From assembly GCA_905178155.1 (NCBI GenBank), contig CAJINV010000003.1:4685863-4749862 (forward strand): a stretch of 64,000 nucleotides of DNA. Direction: 5' to 3'. Shown here in pieces: positions 36,501 to 49,679 of this stretch. A program made the translations under genes and the position numbers. Numbering within the stretch: the first letter of the stretch is position 1; every line of letters starts with the position of its first letter. The notes below the pieces were generated by a model. It was not told the origin of the DNA. It did no database searches and saw only the letters and a list, made by a program, of their open reading frames with translations. The DNA is from Amoebophrya sp. A120. Taxonomy: Eukaryota > Protista > Dinoflagellata.

Positions 36501-38001
36501 GCGACGCGGTACTCCACCATTCTGACCGTCGTGTTTGTCACGCTCATGTACTCCGCGGCGATCCCGCTGCTCCTCTGGATGGCGACGCTGACATTCACGT
36601 TGCTCTTTTGGTGCGACAAGTGGACGCTGCTGCGAACTTCGCGCATCCCCCCGGCGCACGACGAGACCATCGCGAAGGGCGTGGCGGAAGCTCTTCCGTT
36701 CGCGGTTCTGTTACACATTTTTTTGGCCATTTACATGTACGGCCACGATCTGGTCTTTCCCAGCCCGAGCTTCGCGCCCGACGACGAGCAACTGGCGGCG
36801 GCCGGATTTTCGACCTCCGCCGGCGGCAGGGGCGCGGCAGACGACCAAGACGATGACGCCGCGCCCTACGCGGACTACCAGGCGTCCTTGCGGTTCTTCC
36901 GGGCAGCCACTTTCTTTCTTTTCCTTGTCCTGGTCTTCGTGCTCGTGGTCATGGCCCTGGAGCGGTTTGCGATCCTTCTGCACGCGCTCGTGGAGAAGTT
37001 CCGGGCCGCCTACCATCCGGTATGATAGCGCGTTATTTCTTTTCGAGATTGAGAAGATGATGGAATTGTGTAAACCACAAACTTTCATCTTCGTGGTTTA
37101 CTTCTTCGTATCTCTCTGACGGTGAACTTGAAGATCTAAAGATTTGAATCTCCGTATTAAATTTCGCACAGCTGCTACGAGACGCTCATCCGAACCTGAA
37201 ACGTCGCTTGGATGCTGTTGTGGAGGTTGTCCTTCGGCTATCATATTGAAGAACTTTTCACCTGTCAAGTCATGATTACTTTTCCGAACTACATGCAGTT
37301 CTGTGGATTCGACTTGGAGCAGCAGCTCCAGCTGCCGCTACATCAGCTTAGTACGACATAGCAAATTTAGGCTTATTGAGTGGACGTACAAGTTTAAGTA
37401 CTTAAAAGTCAGGGTACTTTTTGCGCTTCATGTGGGCCGCTGCTGCGAGATCTTCCTTGGGAAAATGAATAGGTGAAGGAGTTCTTGTCAAGCGTGATAT
37501 CGCTTACTTACTTTTCTGATCGGCGACTCAGCGGAAGACGACCTGACGGAGGGGCGGTACACGGAGCAAGTCGAGGGGATGAAAAAGCAGCGATTCTTGC
37601 ACACCTACCGGCCGGAAGCCAACCTCAGCTACGCACGACGCTTCCAAATGCTGGATCGGCTGCGCGAAGGCCGAGGAGCTTCCGCGGCAACGCGACTGTC
37701 CGCCCGGAGTTCACGCGAATCGGCTGCCGGACCGCAGGAAGGCGGAAGCCCGGGCAACATCTTCACGGTGCAGAAGGGAGCAGATGATGAGACGGACGAG
37801 GCCTGCATAGCGGATCTTCACAAAAGAAGATCTAGAAAACTCAGCCGGAGTGGAACATCACATGTGGACGAGGAGGACGACGACGAGCAAACTCGCGGCA
37901 CGGATCGGAAGAAAAAGAAGAAGAAAGAAAAAGAAGCAGCGAAACGCATCATTCGGGTGCCAGAAATGGGTATCTGTATTGAGTTCAAGGAGGAGCCATA
38001 G
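30551..38001 (+). CDS. OSCA/TMEM63 (CSC1-like) or TMC-related channel; exons about 30551-30734, ~31182-32081, 32260-37019, ~37175-37237, 37504-38001
   Basis: YGVGCQLYFDFLKWL, TTIGNLG, TPNDYAVHIANLP, RAFVIF, APEPSNILWEN, KLFLMEFVNTA, YTDFEFDWYADVG, FELATRYSTIL, DKWTLLR...PP. The first exon is less certain. Confidence 0.8.
37238..37503 (+). mobile_element. Stem intron, CT...GC, 266 nt
   Basis: tatcatattgaagaacttttcacct vs aggtgaaggagttcttgtcaagcgtgata. TSD tcggc/tcgct. Gives VVLR|LLTFLIG in frame. Confidence 0.85.
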
Positions 38002-39784
38002 CCCGAAAAACTCCGACCGCGTGCGCGCTGCACATGCCCTGGAACAGTCCTCACGCAAGTGGGGCGCCTTGGTGCTCGTCTCTACAGCTCTCGGGAAGGA
38101 ACAGAGTGGTTGGGTCACGTTCGCACTGAAATTTTCCATCCCTGTACTTCATCTTTTGACGCCCGACATTCGGGTTCTTTCTCACTCTTCGCCACAAGCA
38201 AAATCAAAATGAAACGTTGGAATCTTTCCATGTACAATTCACTCTTGACAACTGAGCGTAAGATTTTTAGTGACCCGACCCTGTTTAGCTTCAGGTTTTA
38301 CTTACAGCAAATGAAATTACCACACGTTATTTGGCGGGGCCGGCTGAGGTGTGTCGAATCTGCTTGTCGCTACGTCTTGCGAAATAAATGCGACCGTAGC
38401 AGTAAGTTGGAGTTACAGTGACGGGCGGTGCCGCGCTTCGAGGTTCGTCCGGTAGAAACATGGCCAAAGTATGGATTGACTCGTTCATATCCATACCCGA
38501 ACGTACGAAGCGCGGCTTTGCTTGCCGCGACAAGGAACTTACTCTGTAGTTACAGATGGAGGATTCTACTGTACCATCCTTGTACAATGAGCGACCAGTA
38601 GTTTCAATGTACCACATTGCTCAGTTGTTTCCCAACGCGTTTTCAGCGACAGTATTGGAAATTGTTGCTGCGGAAAAAAAAGGAAAGGAAGTAGCAGGCA
38701 TGCCGGTTGCTAGGTTTTCCGATGTTGGCTCGGTTCGGTGGTGTTCGTTTTGTCGAAACGCATACCAAATCTTGCTTCATGATGTTGAAGAGATCTTGTA
38801 GATCCAATTACTTAGCTCTTGATCCCACTGGACCAAAAGACAGGCCTGATTTTGAACACCTATGTCGCCTGACGTCGACGTCCCATATCAAAAGCAGATG
38901 GCAAAGCGCTCGGCATACGGCATCAAAACTCGGATTGTTATCGTTAAGGTTAGCTTTCCCTTTCAGGCTGAGGATCTGTCGCATGGACATTCTACCAAAG
39001 AACTCGCTTTGCTGTCAATTTTTTTTTTACGGTCTCGATGATCCTCCAAACGACCAGCGAACAGTCTCTTTTGTGGTTTCGGATCTGTGTGTGAATTAGA
39101 TAGAAAGAATAGTTCCTGTACAATACAGATAAATGCTGTTTTCCTTAGACCTGAAGCTCAACTTCATCGTTTTGCTGACATAGTGCGTTTTTTTTCAGTA
39201 ATCTGCTTCTGAAGTTGTACCGAAGTTTTCTTTTTTACCTAGAGTGCACAGTCCACAACTACATGTAAATGTATCAGCATTATGGCCCTGCATATTTCAT
39301 TCCCACAGGCACACGTATTTCGCTTTTGACAGCCAACGGTTTGGGTTCTCCGTGATGTGCCTGCTTCCGACGCTAAGGGCTTGCTGGTGATCAGAGGCCA
39401 TGTGCCGGCCGATGGCAGCGGCACCAGCTGCAGCCCGCTTTTCTCCTGAGTCCAAAGGAGGTGCGTCGAAGTATACATCGAGAGTAGAAGAAATACGACG
39501 CGAGGAAAATCCCGAGCCGATATCGTTGCGCACGGTGGTACAGTAGCACCAACAGCTTCCAGTTGTTTCGCCGGAGAACATCGGGCCGGGCGGTACTGAT
39601 CCGAATGGCAAGGAGTAAAACGCAATGTGTGGACGGAAATCAATGTGCTCGCACGAGCCGAGGATGTGAGCTGCAGCTGATAGTGTGAGTGAGCAACATG
39701 AATTTCTCGTGAGAACATCACCTTCGTTACCACGAATTCTGTGTACGGTATGCAGCAGTAAGTACACCAAGTTGAAGAACGAAA

Positions 39785-42700
39785 ATGGGGATTCCTAAGT
39801 TTTTCCGATGGTTGCGGGAGCGGTACCCCGCGATCGAAGAGCCGCTGGCGCAGGGCGAAAGACCAGCGATCCATATGCCTGTCTGAGGTGTGACAATGCT
39901 CAACTAGTAGCAGAATTTACCGTTTGATTTCGAGACCCAAAGTCGGCATTTTTCTGTACCCTATTCTTTTGTAAATACCTGCTCGGTTCTTTTTGCCTAG
40001 CAATAGCGCCAGCGCGAGTTTGGGCACAAACATCATGGAAATGGCAAAAATTATTAAGTACCTCAAACCGCACTGAAAGCCGGAGATCGTTACGAACTCT
40101 TGCCATTCATCCGGGCAACTAGCGCTTTCTGTACTTCGTCTTCGCATGAGAAGATGCAGGGAGTTTGATTTAAAATTAAAATTATGTCGTGCCAAAACCG
40201 TTGATATTGCCACACCTTCGCAGAGCATAATTCGCTACGATAATTTGTATGTAGACATGAACGGGTTGATTCACACCGCGGTCGCCGCGTGTAAGCAGGA
40301 GCTCGCGACCTTGTGTGCGGCAAGTGACGAGGAGGATCATGTCGCGCCGGTTTCTCTGCTGGTGCTATGCATTGCAAATATGTCTGGGTCTGGAAGGATG
40401 CGACTTGTGATGCTGTCTTTGGATTCTAAAGAAATCTGTACTGCATGACCGGCAAGAGGAACCCAGTTGGTGCTACGCGGAGAGGGCATTTATTATCATG
40501 CTAAAGAGGCATCAGAGCAAAGCCCCCTAAACATCAGTGATGCTAGGTCATGCATTACAGGCAACATGGGTTATACAAAATATGCATGACCAATCTCGCA
40601 ATCTCCCAGACCCAGACATCTTTGCATTTGATAGGTGCAGATGGTGTACCACGAAACTTGTGCGGCGGTGGACCGGTTGGTACAACTAATCGAGCCACAG
40701 CAGGTGTTGTTTCTCGCCGTGGACGGCGTGGCGCCGACCGCGAAGATGAACCAGCAGCGGGAGCGCCGGTACCGCGCAGCCTGGGAGCGGTTGCATGCGG
40801 AAGCGGACGCGAAGTCCTCTGCGCTCGCGCGGCCACGCCACCACCAGCGCACGAGAGCGTGCGGAATCGATGGCACGACACGCCGAGGAGAGCAGGTGGA
40901 AGACGCGATGAGCGCGGGTCCTGCGGCCAGCTCTTTCGACAGCAACTGGATCACCCCGGGGACGCCCTTTCTCTTCGAGTTCGGGCGGTACCTGCAGCGC
41001 TTCGTCGCAGCGAAGTGCGAGCACGACCCGATTTATCAGCGACTTGAAGTCATCGTTTCCACCGCGGAGCAGCCGGGAGAGGGGGAGCACAAGCTTGCGG
41101 ATTTTTTGCGGCAAGAAAAACGGCTTCTGCAGGGAACCGGGCGGCGGAAAACGCACTGCATGTACGGTCTGGACGCGGACTTGATCATGTTGTCCCTAAT
41201 GATCCACGAGCCGCGGTTTTCGCTGCTACGGGAGCGCCAGCACTTCGACCGCGGGGAAATCAGCGAGTGGAACCCGGCGTGGCAGTCGGAGGAGCGCCGC
41301 AACGAGTTTGTGCTCGTTCACATCGGCCTGCTGCGCGAGTATCTGGAGTTTGAATTCTCGCCGAAGTACGCAAGAGACCGGGCCCTGCTGAATCCGACAG
41401 AAGTAGATCGGTTTAATACCGATCATGGTGGGGTCGCAAAGGACGAGGATTCCGCCAGCGAGGAGACGGATAAGCCCAGTGGTGCCACGATGAGCTCTTC
41501 GACGGAGCAACAAGAGACAACTCGTGCTGGTGACGACGTTGCTTCGGGGGTTCTTGCCGCCTCCGACGAAAAGGATGCCCTAAAAATGGCGTCGGGACTC
41601 GTGAGACCGTCGCGACCAACAGAGGATTTTTTGAAGAAAGGCAAAAAAACTGTTGCGAGCCGCAAGAAGTTGGCAGGCGCGCGCTTTCTCGCGATAGATG
41701 ATGATGCACCTGAAAATACCGTCGATAAGGAAGTACCTGATGAACAACAGCCCGACGGCGCATCATCGTCTTCTACCGGGAAAATGAAGACCACTCAGCC
41801 CTTGAAGGGAAGTGCGGTGGAGGAGACAACTAGGACAGAGAAAGCAGAACAAAGATCAAGCAGTTTATTGCCCAGCACCAGCGCCAATGGTAAAGATCAT
41901 GTTGGTGACAACAATAACCATAACGATAAGCAAGACCGCGCTGTTTTTGAAAGAAGTGTGCAAGGATCTTCACTTGAGATGGATCATTACGCAGCAGCAG
42001 CCTTTGACCTGGAACGTGTAATTGATGACTTTGTGCTGCTGAACATGCTGATAGGCAACGACTTTCTGCCCGCAGTTCCCTACGTCGACGTCCACGACGG
42101 AGATCTCGGCGAGATACTTCGTTTGTACCGCGACTTCCTCTTTGCTGGCTTTGAGGAAAGCGCGAAAAGTCTGGTGCAGAGTGGTTATGCTCGAGGCAAT
42201 GCTTCGCAGGTCATGAACAAGACGCCCGTGGTGTACGATCCATACCTGACCTATGACGGTGGCGGGAATATCCGATGGAGCAACTTTCGGCGGTTCCTGG
42301 AGCGGTTTCTGGTAGCGAACGAACGTGAGCGGATCGACAAACGGTTGAAGGAGAAACTGATTACTTTTGGAGTGTCGAAGCAGCTTCATGCTGCGCCGAA
42401 AGAGAGCAAAACGCGGTCTCCGCGTGAGGAGCAGAATGGACAACATACGGGCAAGAAGGTAAAAACCGTTGTGCAATATCCAAAAGATTTTTACGAGTGT
42501 CGGGCGATGCATTACGAAGTGAAACTTGCAATACCCGTGGAGACCACGAGCGCTGTTGCAACTTCATCATCGGGAGCGCGGCGGGAGGCCGCCAAAAAAG
42601 GCACCAAAGCGCCGCTCGGACAGGGAGACGGCCAGAGAAGCAGGACTTTGTTGTCAGAAACAAGCCCAGAGCACGACCCAATTGCCCAGCCGATTGCGCG

Positions 42701-45700
42701 GGTATGCGAAGAGTACTGTGAAGGGCTGTTATGGACCCTGAAGTACTACTATCGTGGTGTGGCCGAGGCAGGATGGATGTATGCCTACCCCCATCACTAT
42801 GCGCCCTTCTTGTGTGACCTTCTTGCCTCGCCCTTCCTCCAATCCGGCGGTGTGGCGGACATGAAGTTTCGAATCGGGAAACCAGTCGAACCGTTCGAGC
42901 AATTGTGCCGCGTGCTCCCGTATCTTGTGCAGAAGTGCCGCATTCCCATTCGTTAAGTATCTATTTCTACGGTTGTATCTATAGCCCTAACGACCTCCTC
43001 GAGGGCGACACGAGGACGAGTCTGCGCTAAACGCATTCTACAACTCTTGTGGTCATCTATTAAAGAGCAGATGATTTGAAACTCATTCATTCTATCTTTG
43101 AAAGAGGAAATTCAAGAAACAGACTCGTGAAGCGGCACTTCTGCACAGGATGCGCCTCTGGCTTCCGCGGTGGGTGTACTCCCGCGTGAGTATTTGGAGC
43201 TCATGGCGCGCGAGACGCAGTTCTTTCCCAAGAGCCTTGTCATAGACACGGACGGTATGAAAACGCCCTGGGGAGGCACGGTACGACTACCCCTCGTGGA
43301 TCCCGACGCGCTGCAGACGCTGCTGAAGAAGACGCGTTGGGTCGCCAGTGCGGAAGAGGCAGAACGCAACACGAACAAAGCCAACGCACTCCTGTACTTG
43401 AATATCGACTCGTGCCTCACAAAAGCGAACAAGAAGCTTACGTCGAGTGCTGACATTTCGACTGCTGGCCAACCGGTAGAATTTCAAGAACTGTCGAAGC
43501 AGGCTGGAAGTGGAAACTCGTGTTCGGCAGGAGAGCCCAGTACTACGAGCAAAGACGCTGATGGTGCCGGCACTGTTGTCGCTGGGAGTCGAAGTTGTGT
43601 GCTTTCCTCGTTGGACTTGCACTTTGCCAATACCACGACCTCCGGTACTGCACTTGGATTGGCGCCAGCAAAGGAACCGGCACAGCTTCTTACGCGGCTT
43701 CCCTCGCAACTACCTACGGACGCGTTCCAAACGCAACTTGAAGACGAGGCTCGCTCGGTAACAAGTTGGGCGAAAACAATGGAGCATGAACTGAACCCTC
43801 CTAGGCCCGTTGCGGTCTTTTCCTACCAAGTCGAGCCCGCAGATTTGCAGGACCGCCGCTTTTCCACGCGAGCGCTGGCCGCATCGGACGGCGAGGCAAG
43901 CCTGGAGTCTTTGTATCCCACTTGGCACGACGATGTCTCCTGCTCCTTGCAAATCCGAGAAACAGAAGGAACTGATGCATACCGCATTCCGATTCCGCCA
44001 CGGGTACTCATTCCAGTGGAAAATCGCAGAAAGAAATTTCGGGGTGATTGGATTCAGCCAACGGTTGTGCTTTCGGTGCCCCGCTTTATTCCCGACCCCA
44101 CTTCGAAGCTGATCCAAGGTTCAAGCACAAAAAAAAGCAAGAAGGTCCGTGGTAAATCTACAGCCCCCGCGCAAGAGGTTTCTCCTCTAGAAACCACGAC
44201 ATCTTCAAAGGCGATAGCTCCACCTACGGCGGTGGAAGTAGTTTGTTCATCATCTTCTTCGTCGCGGGCAGAACTGAGAAGTGACTTTGATTCGACACCG
44301 GAGCAAGTATCCAACGGTCCAGAGGTAGCGAATGGCACTACGACGGCTGCTGCCGCTGCGACAGTGGACGAGGGCCTTCCTAGCGGGCACCATCCACAAG
44401 CGAAGATGCCGCAAATTCGCGTTTTGCAGCGCCGTGCGCCTGCGACTGACGCTGCCGACCATGCAGCTGCGACCCATCTTCTTGCGAAAGAAGAAATAAG
44501 TGCGCCGGACCGAAGCGATGCAGAAACAATCAAGGCGTGCACGATAGACACTTCTCAGCAAGCACTGAAATTAGACTCGCAACCGCTTGCAAGTAGCGGC
44601 GGACCTACACAGGAGCAGTTTCTGGGCGAGGTCACGTCAGAAGCGACTGTAATTTCAATCGGACACCCCTGGATCCATCGACTGGGAGTTGTGGAGTACG
44701 TCGATCAGAAACCGACCCCGGCACTGCTTGAGCAAGTGTACCAGAGCGCGTGGGATCTTGCTCCGGGAAAAGCCTGGGTGCGATCTCGCGACGAAGTCGC
44801 CCACCTCCTAGCCGCGGGAGGGCGTCTTTCCAGCAAACGCGCAGAAGAAGAAGGTAAAAACGAGCGTGCGCTGAAACCCAGTCGCTCGAGAGCGCGAAGC
44901 CAGGGTCCTTCCGTATGGCGCGCACTTCTGGAAAGGGGCTTGCTGCCTGCACCGCTGTTGCACGTTCGGCCACTCGTACCCGGTCCGCGTGGACAAAACC
45001 GGTTGGCAAACTGGCTCGAGTATCGGATTTTGGACGACGTGAATCCGGTGGCCGCTACTTCGGAACAAGCCACTGCAAGAACTGGGCTCAGTAAACAAGC
45101 CGATTCGGAGAGCAAGCGAGATTTGCGAAGTAAAGAGATTCTCATGGCGAGGAAATGCAGCCAGGTCACTTCAGGGGTAGACAAGGAAGCGAATGATCTG
45201 GCAATGGGTGCGGTTCCATTCAAGAAAGTTGTCGCGCTGCCCGATCTTCCGGGAGTCGCGGAAACAAAAAATTCAGCAGTATTGTGTAACAATTTTCGAG
45301 CCAGCAGGTATTACGGGGAACTCGGGGTTCTTGCAAGAACGCAAAGCGAGGAATACGTGCGCGTTAGCGGATCCCTCATTGGATACCCCCTTCGTTTGCT
45401 CGATTTCGCAGCGCGCACAGCGTTCGGAGACCGCGAAGATTTCGCCGAACAGCTACAGGTGAACTGGAGGGCCGGCTTCTGTGGAGACGCCGAGCAACGG
45501 AAGGCGCGGCTGAACGCACTGGATCGCCCGCCATCGGACCAAGAGCTGGAAGACCTGCAGCAGGTCCTGGAGGACAGCCTGTACGTGTTTTCCCGCCCGG
45601 AACGGCGGCTGGCGCGCGAGGTTGACCGGTTGCTCGAGGTAGAGGAAGGTCGGAAAAAGTGGTACACGCTGCAGGAGGTCAGCCACGAGACGGGAGTGAC

Positions 45701-48700
45701 CACATCCGGTCTCGAAATCATGTTCGGGTCGGTCCTGCTCTCCTGGTCCGAGAGCTTTCACGACAAAGAGAACGCTGGTATGAACCTGACCTGCCGGCAG
45801 ATGGACGCGATCGCGCCCGCATCGCCGCACATACGGGTGGAAGAAGGGGAGGCAGGAAGGTCGAACAAGGTGAATAATTGCAGCAAGTCGTCGTCTTCTG
45901 CTGGAGCTTCCGGTGACGAGGCGTTCGCGTACGACCCAAATGTGGCACTCTCAGCCGCTTCCGCATCCTCCGCAGTCGGGCGAGGCACGGATAAGAAGGC
46001 CACTCAGACAAGAAAGCAGCGACCACCTACTTCCGGAGTTGTACCAAACAGCTCTAGCTCCACTTTCAATACGCCACGAAGCAGCTGCAATCGGGAGGAC
46101 GACAGCGCAGTAGATGAAGAAGAAAAAAGAGAAGTGCTGGACCAAGCTCCGCAGACTTTTGGCACTGCTGTGACGAGCAGGCAGAAGACAAGTGTTGGTC
46201 GCGCAGAGTATGAGGTGCTCGGAAACGGAAAACAAGCTTTCGTAACCGAAACAGAAGCACAGAAGGACACCCCTGGCCTTGGTTTTAGGCGCACAGATGA
46301 AACAGATGCGCATCGCTGCCTAGATCCGTACTCCGCAACCCTCGCCACGGCGTCCTGTTTTCAGATCGACCTTGTTGGGAAAGAAGACAAACCACCGCGG
46401 TCGGCGTGTAGAATCGCAGCAGCACCGTGGTACGTCAAGCCTGGCTTTGTGCGCGCTGGGGTCGTTCGCGGCACGGAAACTGGAGAGACAGCCGGTGAGC
46501 GAAGGAGCAAACACAGGCGCAACCGTGATAGAAATCGTAGTGCGAAAAGCGTGGAAGACATTTCGTTTTTCTACAGCAGTGACGTGGTCAGCGCGGTGGA
46601 GAAGTATCGAGCGGCATGGCCGGAGATTTGGCAGTATGCGGAAAAAAACGGTACAAAGATCTTGAATGCACGCAGAGCAGAAGCGGCCGGCAAACGAAGC
46701 AGCAGCAAAAACAACAAGCGCAGCAGCAGGGATACCGAGGAGGTTTTTGACGCGGCTGCGGTTCTCTTTTGTCAAGAAGAAGAGGTCGAAGTGCACGAGC
46801 TCGATGCATCGGTCCTGAGGAATATGGTGTGCCAAGCTGCAGGCTACGTTTCGGAGCAGGCGTTTGCTGCGGCACCTCTGGTTCCCTGGACGCACGTCGC
46901 GCTTCACGATTCCACGGTCCGAAAGCTCGCTGCAGCGCTTGGCGTCAGCCCGTATGCCAAGATGGCGCCAATAGCAGCTGCAACCGCGAGTACTACAGCA
47001 AGTACCTTTACTTCGCGTCCTCTGCACATGATGAGCGATGCACCTGAGAAATTCGCAGGAGGTGAAATTTTCCGTCCAATCGACAGTGCAGCAACTGACG
47101 ATCTGGCCGCAAATAAAGGTGAGGATCAAGAAGCGCTTGCCGACACTGTCTCAGTTTCAAGCAAGGAATCCAAGCGCCGAGGAAAAAAGAAACAAAAGAA
47201 AGGCATCCAGTTCAAAGCTAGCTCGCCCGAAACCAAGGTCGGATCACAGGGTGGCCCCTCGGCCATGATGAGCACGCTCATTCTGGATGAACACGGTGCG
47301 GAACAACGGGAGCATCAATCGGTAGGTCGCCAAGCGGCGAAGACCATCAATCCTGCAGGTGGAGGGAGTAATTTTGCGAGCATGCGGGGTCGTATACCGG
47401 TACCGGAGCCGCCTGTCATTTTGCTCGATGCGGTTAGAAACGTTTCTTGGGCGGAATGGTCGGGATCCAGTAGAAGTCCAGTTTCATCTGCGACTTCATC
47501 TTCAGATCAGCCTGATGTAATTCGCTCAAATCGAAACGTGCACCCACTTCCCCTCGGTACCCGCGTGCGCTGCAACTTCACGGACAAACAGACGCAGGAC
47601 CAACTCCAGGGGAAGCAGGGAACTGTGGTTCTGGTACGGTTTGGTGACGAGGGCGTTGTACCACGTGGGGGCGAGAAAAACGCAGCCAGAACTACGGAGT
47701 CTGTTTCTTCAGAAGAATCTAAGAAAAACGTGCGTTTCTGTTACGATATTCTGCTGGATTCGTCTGCGGTTGGATGTGATTCTTTGCTGCTCCCGCGTCT
47801 CCACCGCATTCGTGCAGACAACCTCGTGCCACTTGAACTGCCAACTCCTAGCGGGGAAGATTCTACTCATTTGTTGCCTGCCGGAGTTCTTCTTGCTGAT
47901 GAGAATGCCAAAGTCCTGCCTGACAAGGTCAAGGAGGAGACCAGCCACGTACCGGACTCAGGCGGAAAATACAGTCCGTGGAATTTTCAGCCCCGACAGG
48001 TCACGGAGATGTTCTCTGCTTACAATATGGCCTCGTTGCCCGCTGGTCCCAGCAAAGCTGACCCCGGGACGATTGCCGGAGAGAAAACAAAAAATTTCGA
48101 CAAGGACAGAGGCTTCTTCCAGCACTGCATTCTCGGGGAGCCTAAGTCTCGCACCCAGGAGGCCAAGGATATCAAAAAAGTGACGAACAACAACATCGTA
48201 CAGGAGTGCAGCAGCACAGCTAGAGCCGCGCCGGAAAGAACAGAGCCTTCGCAGGATGTTGACGCTATTGTGAATACAAACCAACACCGCGGCGGGGAAT
48301 TTGTTATCCCGCGAGTTATTACGCGGAATGCGGGACCAAAGAAATCAGTACCTCCTGCGGAACAAGCTGCAGAAAAAAATCGGGACAGGAATCATGCTGA
48401 GACCCGACAACATCCGGTTACTGGAATCCAGGCTGCTTCCGCGAAAACTCTTCCTCGGACATCAGACAAGGCACAAGTAAAGACACGTAAACGAAAACTG
48501 GTGGCGGGTTCAATGCCGACGCCCGTGGATGAAATGATTGACTCAGCGAAGGCGGGATCGGGAAAGGATGAACAACACTTGCCGCCGGCACGACAGACGG
48601 ATACATCAGTAAATACGGAAAATTTACTCGCAAAGCCGGTGACCGTGGTCCCCAAACCTTTCTTGGCATCCGAGGAGAGTGAGCAGAAACCGCCCCGGAA

Positions 48701-48788
48701 TAAGAAGAGCGAACAGAAAAAACGACAGACACAGAAAGCAAAACAGAGTCACGCGCAGGCTCGATTTTTGTCTGTAGAGGACGATTAA
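39785..48788 (+). CDS. XRN1: 5'-3' exoribonuclease XRN1; exons 39785-39872, 40234-40364, 40638-42919, 43157-48788
   Basis: MGIPKFFRWLRERYP, YDNLYVDMNGLIH, DGVAPTAKMNQQRERR, FDSNWITPGT, PGEGEHK, MYGLDADLIMLSL, GNDFLP, YPHHYAP, PFEQLCRVLP|LAS, and a C-terminal LGTRV...GTVV...DILLD SH3/KOW-like motif. Confidence 0.95.
39873..40233 (+). mobile_element. Stem intron, AT...TC, 361 nt
   Basis: tatgcctgtctgaggtgtgacaatgctcaac vs gttgatattgccacaccttcgcagagcata. TSD atcca/attcg. Gives PAIR|YDNLY. Confidence 0.9.
40365..40637 (+). mobile_element. Introner family A, copy 2, 273 nt (equivalent GT-AG register 40362-40634)
   Basis: Perfect TSD GGTGC at 40361-40365 and 40634-40638. TIR is present. Aligns end to end with 20138-20399. 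Confidence 0.92.
42920..43156 (+). mobile_element. Stem intron, GT...CC, 237 nt
   Basis: tatcttgtgcagaagtgccgc pairs with gcggcacttctgcacaggatg (21 bp, 2 G-U). The nearest AG (43148) is out of frame. Confidence 0.9.
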
Positions 48789-49679
48789 AAGTAAGCATAC
48801 ATTCTGAGACTACATGTCACCATCGATTGGCCTCATCGATTTCACAGCGCGGATTTAGTTAGTAGCTCGTGATCCACCGCCCCGTCAGGAAGAGCGTGTT
48901 CATTTTCGAGAACCTTTCAAGATCCACGCGATACTCTCCTGCTGGCGTTATGTACTAAAGTGGGATCTTGATCTTCTATCATTTCATATTCTTTGTCTTG
49001 ATCGACGATGTTGGTCCAAGCGGGCGTGCCGCTAACCATTCGAAGATCCGACATAGCGTCTGATCTACTTAGTTGGACCGAGCAGTTGTGAGATACCATT
49101 GATCCTCGATAAGACAACATTGTCGCAGGTTGACGGACATGGAGGCACATTCAGATCTGACTCAACCTACCAGAAGTCGATCTTGTTGTGCTGCCCATTC
49201 TTACTCCCGCCGCACACGAGATCTAGCTCTATTTTTGCGGCCGAGGTGATCTACTTCTGGACTTACAACTTATTGAATCTGTGCTCTGCAGAGCACCGCA
49301 AGCAAGTAGATCAAGAACTGTGCTCAACAGCCAGTAACATTAACGCAGTAAGTAGGCGACATTGTCAATGTTGAGCGAACACGGCTCTCCCCTAATGTGA
49401 CTATTCTTGTCGCTGTTTGACTGAATTCGCAAAGCAGGAAGAAAGACCTAGGCCATTGAAATATTGGGATTGACACTTTTAGAAGAATCAGGTATAGCGC
49501 CAAGGTTGGTGTGTACAGATTCTAAAGCAGTAGATCATTTACATTTTTGTCCGATCACACGTTGACCGCTTTATTTTCTTTGGTAAGGAAAAGTAAACAA
49601 AAACAAAATTTGTATTATTGGGCCCGATAGCGATACCATCGATTTTCTAACGGTCCAATAAACCAAGAAGTTGTAGTAT

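Noticed and set aside
38002-39784. Short ORFs between the OSCA-like gene and XRN1
   Set aside because: No codon bias or motifs; treated as intergenic.
32277-48788. Stop-codon reassignment, as reported for one Amoebophrya lineage
   Set aside because: Exons of 1,500-1,900 codons contain no in-frame stops, and genes end in TAA, TAG or TGA. The standard code fits.
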